Shown one piece after another: positions 1 to 9,350 of a DNA stretch of 64,000 nucleotides. Below the pieces are notes generated by a model. It was given only the letters and a program-made list of their open reading frames with translations. It searched no databases and was not told where the DNA came from. Source of the stretch: Eledone cirrhosa. Lineage: Eukaryota. The DNA lies in assembly GCA_964016885.1 (NCBI GenBank), contig OZ024750.1, positions 19,902,001-19,966,000 on the forward strand, written 5' to 3'. The position numbers and the translations under genes were made by a program. The stretch's first letter is position 1. The number at the start of each line of letters is the position of its first letter.

Positions 1-1255
1 TGTTTGTGTCTGAGTGAGTGTTTATGTTCTTGTTCGTGTGTGTATTTTGGGGGGGAGGGGGAATGGGAGAGCTTTCCTCGTTTCCCCCCTGCGTGTGCAA
101 TTTTGGTGGTTCCATTGTTGACGGTGTTGCTGGTGGTCCTTGTCCCGGCGTCGCCAGCAGTGGAATCTTTCGACCCCTTGCGCTTTTCGGCAGTTGAGGG
201 CAGAAGGCTCGCAAGTGTGTCGTTTCCCCACAAAGGAAACAATGCGGCCTTTTGCCCTCAGTCATTATATGCAACACCCTCCCGTTTTGGAGGCGGATGT
301 GGTCCGGGATTGCTTTTACGTTTTCGGGTCTGATTTGGAGCAGTATCTCCAGATCAACCCCGGACCAGTCGTCCCTGGCAGTTCTCGTTGCCTCTACCGG
401 GACTGTATCCGTTCCTTCCACGATTACGCAACCCAGGAGCCACCACATATCAAGTCCTGGTGGAATCCTGGGAATGCGCACACGTGCTATTCGTTTTCCC
501 ATGTGGGAGGGGTACATTATGACCTTGCTGGTTTTGCAAGGGGTCATTGAATGCTTCACAGCGAGGGCTTCAGAGTTGAACAGCACCGAAACGGTGCCCT
601 ATTGCCTGCCCCTCTCTATGAAGTCTGTGTCCTCTCTGATGTATTTCAGTGCGGCTTCTATATCAGCTTGGGCGATTATCGCTGCCCTCTTTGTCTCTAC
701 TGAGATGCATCTGAAATGCACCGTTCTTTTTTCCACTGCCTCAATGGCTTCTGCCGGGACAGTTAAGTTTGCCCAGGTCTGCTCTTGATTTATGATTTTC
801 CAGGCCTGGGCCAACTTTTCCTCTCTGTTGGTTAAGTCGATGCTGTAGCATGGTCTCCTTTTAGCCGCTGCCACAGCAGCGAAGGTGTTCTTGTTGGTGT
901 TGTCACTGTTGTTGTTCTTGTTGGTGTTGCTGCTGCTATTGCTGTTGTTGTTCTCCCCTGTGTCGTGGTTACCCTCTGTGCTGTTGGCCTTGTTGGTGCT
1001 GTTGCTGTCGCTACTATTACTCTCTGTGCTGTTCGTTTTGTTGGTGCTCTCGCTATTACCACCTTCTGCGCTGTTCAGCTTGTTGGTGTTGGTGTTGTCG
1101 CTGTTACCACCTTCCGCGCCGCTCGGCCCGTTGGTGCTGGCACTGTCGCTGCTCACACTCGTGCTGGTGGCGCTCCTCGCCTCACCTCTCCTCTCAACGC
1201 TCAAGTCGCCGTTGCACGACAGCAGACCCGCCTCTAGGGGACGTGGCTCCGCCAT
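1..1255 (-). pseudogene. LINE ORF1 (gag-like nucleic-acid-binding protein) with CX2CX4HX4C zinc knuckle; one in-frame TAG at 599-601
   Basis: Manual translation: MAEPRPLE..., N/S/T-rich tract, ...IERGRQ*GTVSVLFNSEALA...RVRIPRIPPG...IMTEGKRPH-CFLCGETTHLRAFC-PQLP (knuckle at 200-241); the frame stays open to base 1. Confidence 0.8.
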
Positions 1256-1466
1256 GTTTTTTTGAGAAAAAAAATTATTATTTTTTCCAAAATAAAGTTC
1301 AAATATTTGGGCCAAAAGGCCCAAATATTATGAGTTATTCCTTCACAGGACACAAATGAATGTCTTATAATGCTTCAGCGGTACAAAAAATAAACAATTC
1401 TCTACAATTAATCCTCAAAAAATTGCTTACTCACGGAGCTTCAAAAAACGTACATCCACTTTCGTC
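1..1466 (-). mobile_element. 5' part of a Tx1/L1-clade non-LTR retrotransposon (5'UTR + ORF1), continuing off the left edge
   Basis: GC-rich block distinct from its flanks; gag-like ORF1 on the minus strand preceded by a ~210 nt leader whose end abuts (AAT)6 at 1467-1484. Confidence 0.8.
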
Positions 1467-2046
1467 AATAATAATAATAATAATACTATTTATAGTTATG
1501 TATATAGTATAAACAACTATAAACAGGAAAGATCAGTGATTTCCTACTACCTTATAAATATACGTATGTGAGATTATTGGAGAAACTGTAGTGTGTAAAT
1601 GACACAAAAGAACATAATGCTCTCTAAACTCCTCGATTAAATATAGGAATTTCATGATTTCCAAAATCTAATAATATTTCTTTTCCAGAGGCAGAAATAT
1701 TTGAAACGAAAATAATACTATGTATTCAGAAAAGTGTATACGTTCCTTTGTTTAGTCCTATTTTCATTATATCGTTTTATTTTTGTTATACGGCTATTTG
1801 TACATTTCCATGTAGGCCAATGTATCATTTTCTTATATACTTTACTTTCTACTTATCTGTATCCAATTATTCATCGCAAAAACAAGTACAAGAAAATCGG
1901 ATAAAATAAATTATGCTTCTGTTAGTTTTGATACGATTTAACGATCGTAAATTGTGGGGAAACGGTATGGTATTTGGACACATAAGCACAGAACAACATC
2001 ATGTGAGGCAATGCATATATTACGACAATTTAATCAGGCTAATCCA

Positions 2047-2204
2047 TCAACCATCCAGGCTAAGCATCTTGACTATCGTACAATCATTAATGCTAGTTGT
2101 TGTAGACTGGCAACTGCGATGCCGGGTCGGAGAGGGGCTGCCGCCAGGTGGTGACAGGCGTGACGCTGTCCTTAGACAGTGCCATCCATTAAACTCAACC
2201 AAGG
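2047..2204 (-). CDS. possible terminal coding exon of an unidentified host gene
   Basis: Non-repetitive GC-richer island; acceptor-like TCATAG then phase-1 open frame LVEFNGWHCLRTASRLSPPGGSPSPTRHRSCQSTTTSINDCTIVKMLSLDG*. No recognisable domain; weak polypyrimidine tract. Confidence 0.25.
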
Positions 2205-2508
2205 CTATGATATGATTATAATATTGTTATTATTCATTCATGCATACATTTAGGTATACACCAGATTAAAAGCGAAATCAAATTTGCAAATGAGGCAAAT
2301 CAGCCCATGTATACATTTGAGAAAACTATGAATTCTCAGCAGTTCCAACGCACAATCTTGATATGGAGGAAAAGACTCGGAAACAATTATCAATTATCAA
2401 TTGTTTTCTCTTATGTCATATACCGCGTTTTCTTTTTGGCCGTTCACTTGTAAACAAACCGAACATTAATAATGTTATCATTCTATAATAATAATATTAT
2501 TATTCAAT

Positions 2509-2643
2509 AAGGCAAAGGTAACCTCGGCGGGATTTGCCATTCTGAGTTCAAATACCGCCGAGTTTAACTTTGCCTTTCATCCTTATAAGTACCAGTAATG
2601 CACTGGGTAGTTACTGGCCTTGCGTCAAAAGTAAAAACAATTA
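2509..2643 (+). mobile_element. truncated SINE with an inverted (fold-back) 5' segment
   Basis: AAGGCAAAGGTAACCTCGGCGGGATTTG is the reverse complement of the downstream SINE core CAAATACCGCCGAGTTTAACTTTGCCTT; ends in the SINE tail AAACAATTA. Confidence 0.7.
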
Positions 2644-3026
2644 TTATTCAATAACGAATACATTCAGGTTCCACTATGTTAAGAGCGAAAAAAAATTTTG
2701 TTTATATATATATATATATATATAAGGGAACGAAAATGAACTAAATTACGGCACGTTACTACCACAATTCACATGAGTTATACAGGTATTCATTTTCATT
2801 TTATTTAGAAGCGACAGTTTCATTATGTAGTGAAATCATAAGAAAGCTGCTTGTTGACTTGAACACTAATTCGATAATTCACCTCTAATCTGTTCGCATA
2901 ATATATGCATATATATATATATTAATAAAAGGAATTCCAACTTTGTCTGATTTACTCGTTTTATTTACAATCCTTTAAAATTTATAATGGCATAATATGA
3001 TAGAATATTAAATGTTAAGTGTTAAT

Positions 3027-3065
3027 TGAACAAGTACTTTCTTGCTTTCGCAATCTTCAGGTTCA
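3027..3065 (-). ncRNA. minimal type I hammerhead ribozyme (canonical core)
   Basis: Minus strand reads TGAAC-CTGAAGA-TTGC(GAAA)GCAA-GAAA-GTAC-TT-GTTCA: 5-bp stem I, 4-bp stem II with GNRA loop, palindromic minimal stem III. Confidence 0.8.
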
Positions 3066-3275
3066 TAATGTGTGGTGACAGTCAAGTTTGCAATTTTCAC
3101 TTTTATACTTATTTATACTTATATATGAAGTATATACAATTATAAACAAGAAATTCAGTATTTTTTTTATTTTTTACTACCGTATGAAAAATAGTTCAAT
3201 GTAAATACATCAGAAGTATTAATGAGCAGGAATATAAAGTACATAATAATCAAATCTATGTTTAATACATGTTAT

Positions 3276-3322
3276 TGCTGACAATCGTTTCTTACAGACA
3301 GCTGTTCGGGATCATCGGAGCA
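3276..3322 (-). ncRNA. hammerhead ribozyme, CCGAUGA core variant (left-arm copy)
   Basis: TGCT-CCGATGA-stem II (degenerate)-GAAA-CGATTG-TC-AGCA. Confidence 0.6.
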
Positions 3323-3563
3323 TTGACAAAGTTTAAACACATAAATAAATTCCTATTCTACAGAACATTCATAAATATATATTGATACTATTGCTGCTAT
3401 AAATAGTGTCATATTCAAAGTGACAACGCTAACTCTAGTATAAAGGCTAATGACAAAGTTAACTCGCACCAAAATAAACATCCTAGTAATAATAATAAAA
3501 ATATAAATAAAAACAATACTACAACTAAACTTCCAAAAAAATAAATCACAAAAATAGAATACA

Positions 3564-3992
3564 CTTTTTAATCCCCCTTTCAATTTAAATGCTTCCCTCA
3601 ACTTGCACCAGGCTTTCTTCTTAACTAGAAAAAAACCTCCCAGTCGGCCATATATACCATAATCTTATCAATAAAAATACTATTAAAATCTCTTACTCCA
3701 CCACACCTAACATTGCGAACCATATAGCTAGTAGTAATAAAAGGAAGATTAATAAATATTTCCAAGTGATTAAATCTCAACATAGGGAGAACCTATATAA
3801 GAGCTTAGTACTGGAGAATTCTAGTAACAATAATACCAATAGGAATAGCACTAATGATATTAAAGCAATATGAATAATATTCATCATTATCCTAATACTC
3901 TTCTTAACAACCATGCATCTACACACCATATTAACCAGCAAGTAAAGAACCAACATAACTGTAATTGTAGAACAAATAGAACTTGCCCATTG
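3564..3992 (+). pseudogene. frameshifted fragment of PLE ORF (RT thumb-linker to the CxCR..CPL zinc motif preceding the GIY-YIG endonuclease)
   Basis: Manual translation across 2-3 frames; CNCR at 3960-3971, CPL at 3984-3992. Confidence 0.75.
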
Positions 3993-4109
3993 ACGACAAC
4001 CTCTTCACTCAATTTGAATATGACACTATTGATAGCAGCAATAGTATCAATGTAACTTTACGAATGTTCTGCTGAATAAGAATGGATTTATGTGTTTAAA
4101 ATTTGCCAA

Positions 4110-4156
4110 TGATCCGATGATTCCAAACAGCTGTTTGGAAGAAACGATTGTCAGCA
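4110..4156 (+). ncRNA. hammerhead ribozyme, CCGAUGA core variant (right-arm copy)
   Basis: CCGATGA-TTCCAAAC(AGCT)GTTTGGAA-GAAA-CGATTG-TC-AGCA; perfect stem II, one mismatch in stem I. Confidence 0.65.
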
Positions 4157-4192
4157 ATAAAATGTATTAAACATAGATTTGATTGATCTGTA

Positions 4193-4253
<61 letters not shown>

Positions 4254-4256
<3 letters not shown>

Positions 4257-4671
4257 GGAGGTGAGTTTTATTGTAGTACAATAAAGCAATGCAGATATCG
4301 GATAAGAAGCACTCTACAGTTTGTGGGACTGGAGTATGCATAATATAAGATCAAAAGATGGTTAGAGGAGTTCCATATATTTTATTATGCGCATTTCAAA
4401 AACAAACATCATCAAACAATAATATTTGCGTTTTCATCAGATAAAACAGGAGAACATGATATGAAGGCTAAAAAACACTTGTTGATAGTGCAGTTTTAAA
4501 TCAACATATATATGTTGATTTAAAACTGCACTATCAACAAGTGTTTTTTAGCCTTCATATCATGTTCTCCTGTTTTATCTGATGAAAACGCAAATATTAT
4601 TGTTTGATGATGTTTGTTTTTGAAATGCGCATAATAAAATATATGGAACTCCTCTAACCATCTTTTGATCT

Positions 4672-4679
<8 letters not shown>
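4254..4679. mobile_element. fold-back insertion between (TA)n tracts: 340-bp spacerless palindrome (4340-4679) plus ~86-nt one-sided extension; probable PLE pLTR remnant
   Basis: Arms appear identical by eye around centre 4509/4510; each arm has TTGT-TTGATGA-N11-GAAA-TGCGCA-TA-ATAA (hammerhead-like, no stem II; 4600-4637 on +). Confidence 0.7.
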
Positions 4680-4759
<80 letters not shown>

Positions 4760-4948
4760 ACGAAGGAAATGTGGTAAGGAACCAGGTGGACCATAACGCA
4801 CCAAAGTACTCAATACTTGAGGTAGTAGAGTGGGTAATAGGAACCAGTAAGACCCCGACAGCTGAGCTCAAGCCGTTTCGACGGCTAATTCTGGTCCAGA
4901 ATTAGCCGTCGAAACGGCTTGAGCTCAGCTGTCGGGGTCTTACTGGTT

Positions 4949-4950
<2 letters not shown>
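4760..4950. mobile_element. ultra-short fold-back copy of the PLE family at 28381-30697
   Basis: Near-identical to both termini of that element; ~57-bp inverted repeat centred at 4895; (TA)n on both sides. Confidence 0.85.
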
Positions 4951-4994
<44 letters not shown>

Positions 4995-5830
4995 GCATGA
5001 GTGTGCGGTAAGTAAGGTGTGCGTATAGTGTCATAATTTTCAATTGTTTATTTCGTTTCCATAAGTCATCGGGTATTAAAAGCACAAATAATTCAATATT
5101 AGAAATTACTTTGTTGGTGAAAAGACTACCTGACAATCACAGCTGAGATTATCATGAATGAAAAAACACAAAAGGTATTTCGGAGACTCTTTTCCATTCA
5201 TAACGTGAATATAACATGTGTAAGAATCTGTCAGAATAATGGAAGAACTAAATTGAAATTTTGTGCAAAATACTTCAGTCTTATTCATTGCAATAATTGA
5301 CCTATCGTGTTGAAATAAATGTGACTTAACATCTCAACAACACTTACGGATGATTAACAAAGATTTTGCAATGGTTCTTGTACGATAGCTGAATATCTTA
5401 GCCGTTAAGTTCATAGGAAGTATTATTGGGTGTTAATTTTTCTATTATATTTTAAATGAATAACATTCATTTAAACGCACAATTGTCAGATTGCGAAGAC
5501 AATGTTAAATGTGTGAAGATGTACCGTCATTAGTTAACTGGTATCTTCAATTACAACAATGCCATCTATATTTAGTTTCAATTGGGTCATCAACCATGAA
5601 AATTGTAGAAATTTGTAGAAAAAAACCCAAATTTCAACAAATTTCGTACTTGACGACACAATATTTATTTTTTCCTCACAGCCATGAATCGGTATTTCAT
5701 AAACAATATAAAATTGAATTTGTAGCATACACAGGCTTTAACATTTAACTTAATTCACATAGGCTCATCTGTGGTTATGGGAACACCAAATTACCAATTT
5801 ATATATACCAGCGGATTAATATGTAATAAC

Positions 5831-6006
5831 TGTTTCTACGTTAGGCGCAAGGCCAGCAATTACCCAGTGTATTATGGTACTTTATTTTAAAGGATGAAAG
5901 GCAAAGTTAACCTCGGCGGAATTTGAACTCAGAATGGCAAGGGCCGTAACTCTATGCGTCAAAGCATGGCGTCAGACCATCTACCAATACTGCCAATCCA
6001 CCGCCC
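5831..6006 (-). mobile_element. tRNA-derived SINE (octopod family) with 16-bp TSD
   Basis: A-box/B-box-like head (TGGCAGTATTGG...GAGTTCAAATTCC), central GCCTTTCATCC..AGTACCA domain; TSD ATTAATATGTAATAAC at 5815-5830 and 6007-6022. Confidence 0.9.
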
Positions 6007-6110
6007 ATTAATATGTAATAACATGAATAATATGGAAAATAAAAGCCACAAAGTATGTTAACAGTATTCCAAAAATAGAGAGGACAACAACATTATATAT
6101 AAAAGGGAGT

Positions 6111-6292
6111 GGGTGGATTGGCAGTATCGGTAGAGCGTCGGACGCCATGCTTTGCAGCACAGTTACGTCCCTTTACGGACTGAGTTCAACCCCACCGAGG
6201 TCAATTTTGCCTTTCATCCTTACGGGGTCGATAAAATAAAGTACCAGTAATACACTTGGATAATTGCTGGCCTGGTGTAAAAAGTAGAAACA
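6111..6292 (+). mobile_element. tRNA-derived SINE with 19-bp TSD
   Basis: Full-length family sequence; TSD ATTATATATAAAAGGGAGT at 6092-6110 and 6293-6311. Confidence 0.9.
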
Positions 6293-6466
6293 ATTATATA
6301 TAAAAGGGAGTACCCGGTATATTCGAAGTAATGACTGCCTTTTTTCTAATCACCATGATCTTTCGTATTGAAAATCATTGTCTATCAGCTTCTTTCTATC
6401 ACCTTTATATATTGACGCATATCCTCCATCACCCCCACCCCCCACATACACACCTATATATATAAA

Positions 6467-6501
<35 letters not shown>

Positions 6502-6503
<2 letters not shown>

Positions 6504-6745
6504 AGGAAGTGTAAAATGAAGTTGCTGTAGGTTCATTTAGGTGAGCACTCGATGTGTAGATTGACGTATAAAATCTCGTCGGACCTCTGCTGTGGTAATG
6601 GCATTATCACAGCGTAGGTCCGACGAGTGTCTGATTCCAGATCGGGCTAGATTGATACAGATCGAACTTTGAACTGATCAATAGCGAAACGCGCGTCACC
6701 AGTCAATGAACGTAATGAAGACATAATAAATCACACTTGTATTAT
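6502..6745 (+). mobile_element. structured insertion next to (TA)n; possible PLE pLTR remnant
   Basis: ~25-bp hairpin 6575-6627; second stem ending in GC-GAAA-CGCGCG-TC (6684-6697), the 3' half of a hammerhead; 5' core degenerate. Confidence 0.4.
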
Positions 6746-6754
6746 TATAATTAT

Positions 6755-6934
6755 GTGGATTGGCAGTATCGGTAGAGGGTCGGACGCCATGCTTTCCAGC
6801 ATAGTTTTGTCCCTTTACGATCTGAGTTCAAATCCCGCCGAGGTTGACTTTGCCTTTCATCCTTACGGGGTCGATAAAATAAAGTACCAGTAATGAGCTG
6901 GGTAATTGCTGGCCTTGTGCCTAAAGTAGAAACA
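6755..6934 (+). mobile_element. tRNA-derived SINE with ~11-bp TSD
   Basis: Family sequence; ATTATAATTAT on both sides. Confidence 0.9.
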
Positions 6935-6969
6935 ATTATAATTATATATATATATATATTTATATATAT

Positions 6970-7744
6970 ATAAATTATCGAGATTCGCATTTCGGCCCAC
7001 GAAATAACGAAAAACAACCTCTGATATGTGCGGCAAGTGCTCAATGATTCCTTTGAACCAGAGCTATAACAAACGTTAAAGGCCAAACACACTGAGACGA
7101 TGGTTAAACAATCATTCGCATAGCCAAAAAAACGATCAAGTAATTCGGGTATTGAAAATTTACCCGGACCCCTGGAAGGTTGGTAAAATCCAGTATATGG
7201 GTTTCTGCGGCTCCTAAATCAAGTACCGTCCGCTTACATAAATAATGTCAGGCTTCTGGTAAGATGATTGAACAAGGAAGCCACTTTCTCAACAGGTTTT
7301 AGTTCAATGATAATATAAGGACTGACTATTGCTGACCCCACGTGGAGATCGGCAAGTGAGCCAACCCCTATATTTGGCGAATGAATTCAGTTGTGTATAT
7401 TTTTGCAAGAATGCAAAAACACCACAAATCGAATAGAGTTCTCAACAGAAGGGTTAACATTAACATAAGCTATTCATCAGTCAATAGAATCAACTAAAAA
7501 ATCAAGAAAATTAAGTGGTCAATAGCTAGAGTCTGGAGAATAATACAAACATAAATTATCGAAATTCGCATTTCGGGCCACGAAATAACGAAAAACAACC
7601 TCCGCGATGTGTGGCAAGTGCTCAATGATTCAGATGAACCAGAGCTATAACAAACGTTAAAGGCCAAACACACTGAGACGATGGTTAAACAATCATTCGC
7701 ATAGCCAAAAAAAACGATCAAGTAATTCGGGTATTGAAAATTTA
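6970..7744 (+). mobile_element. non-coding ~581-bp-unit element with ~190-bp terminal direct repeat, flanked by (TA)n; structured-RNA candidate (copy A)
   Basis: 6970-7162 is repeated at 7551-7744; shares ordered conserved blocks with 23670-24335; no credible ORF. Confidence 0.75.
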
Positions 7745-7809
7745 TATATATACAAAGAGGATGGGGCATAAATATCTCCTACATCTTTTTTTATCACCCA
7801 TCAGAATGT

Positions 7810-9350
7810 GACATTGTGAAAGGTCTAACCGTGTTGGCGATGTTTCCTACCCTCGTCCTCTATCTGGTACCACCACATCGTCTCGGCGACCATCTAAAAT
7901 ACCGTACGATTCACTTACAAACACAACAGTGGGTGACATTCTTAGAAATATCTCCAGCGGCTTATGCAACCAGGCGAACCAGGCGAACCCAAGTCTGATG
8001 GTACATAGCATAGCACAAACTCGAAGGCTTTTCCTTCGCTGTTGGTTATGTCCTACCAAACAACGTTTTTTCGGATCATAGAAGATTGCCCGTATCGCGA
8101 GATTCGGGTCTTTCAAAAACAACACAGCAATTCCATTGCAGATCTGTCGACTAGGACATATCATAACCCCGTGGTCCCCGATGTCGTGTGGAGAGAGGTC
8201 GTGTTTCGAAATTCTGTTCTGGGTGCGCGACCCTACTATATTCTGTGAACTGAGGTAGTTCAGAAGGTATACCTACTTCCAGCACGATATTTTTGGGGCA
8301 ATATAAACAGTTTTTGTAAGTGAGGTGTTATCCTTTATTTGTTACATTTATTTCGTGTTGTATGTGTTTATGGTAGCGTAAATTGTACGGTTTGTTTCTC
8401 GTTGTTGAGTTTGCTGATGTGGTTTTGATAGTATTTGAGATGTTGTTGGTTTCCGTGATGTTAGTTGTGATGTTGTTAGTGGTGTAGAGTGAAGTTGATG
8501 GTGTGGATGGAGTTGAGGGCATCGTTATTTTTTATGTTTAGTCTTCTTTTACTTTCCGTTTGATGGAAACATCTCCGTTACGACAAAATCCATGCGCCAA
8601 ATCGGGGAGGGGCATGTATTTCTTCGGGTAGTTGTTGTTGACGTTGGAGCTGATGTTGCTGTAGGTATTGTAAGAATGAAGGTAACGGTGTTAGTAAAAA
8701 GAGGAGAGAAAAGAATACTGGAATATGAATCTGGAACATACGTATTGATAGTGGTAAATCTCGCTCATCTTAGTCAAAATAATATACACTTGAAACCCAT
8801 AGCCATTTACGTTTTACTGAATTATAAAATACACTCTTGATTATTGTTCTTGTTTTCTATCAGGTCAGATGTTGATTTAAGGCTCATTCCGTCTCTCATC
8901 TCTTCCACGTTGATGAATACTTTGTCGATGCTTTGGGTCGCCACTACGCAAAAAAAAAAAAACCCCAAAACAACTGGCTGCTGGGTGTCCTTTTAATGTT
9001 GCCGGCATCCGCTATTTTTGTTTTACTTGAAACCACGCCTTTCATTACTTGAGTGTTTAGCTGCCTTGCTGGATGGTTCGTCAACGCAGTGCTTAATAGA
9101 ATTCGTGGATGGCTAGCTGCCTGAGTGGTTTTCCATTAATATTTTTGTTTTTGTTGACATAGTCGCTGTTGCTGTCGTTGTTATCGTAGTTGTTGTTGCT
9201 ATCGATGTTTTTTGTTAGTGGTGGCGACCTTCTTGTGTTGTTTTTGTAGGTTGGGGGACATTGGTAGTGTTCGCAGTATAATTGTTGTTGCTGCAATTTG
9301 GACAATTGCTGAAATCATAACTCATGCTTTTCAGGTGGAAAATACGTTTG
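7810..9350 (-). mobile_element. old degraded Tx1/L1-like LINE (ORF1 remnant + APE endonuclease start of ORF2)
   Basis: GIAVLFLKDPNLAIRAIFYDP..R, DITNSEGKAF, LEIFL...VVFVSESYGILD..RD resemble APE motifs (GVAIL, D..GR, GDFN.ILD); upstream N/T/S-rich tracts like the ORF1 at 1-1255. Confidence 0.55.

Larger units (their letters stand above)
3237..4195 (+). mobile_element. Penelope-like element (Naiad-type), 5'-truncated/internally deleted, with inverted pLTR copy; right end in (TA)n
   Basis: Diverged inverted arms ~3237-3422 and ~4007-4195; interior encodes FNPPFN..., HNLINKNTIKISYSTTPNIANHIASSNKRK and CNCRTNRTCPL, motifs of the PLE RT-thumb/linker region; hammerhead in both arms. Confidence 0.8.

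Noticed and set aside
4-1265. Plus-strand ORFs (109, 136, 178, 126 aa) including a Leu-rich membrane-like one
   Set aside because: Antisense shadows of the LINE ORF1 and its AAC/AGC-rich tract.
2808-2850. Hammerhead-like CTTATGA...GAAACTGTC on the minus strand
   Set aside because: G5 is missing and stems I and II do not close convincingly.
3960-3992. Selenocysteine codons in the CNCR..CPL motif of the first PLE
   Set aside because: All three Cys codons are TGT/TGC.
6111-6200. tRNA genes
   Set aside because: The A/B-box-like heads belong to SINEs; no complete cloverleaf.
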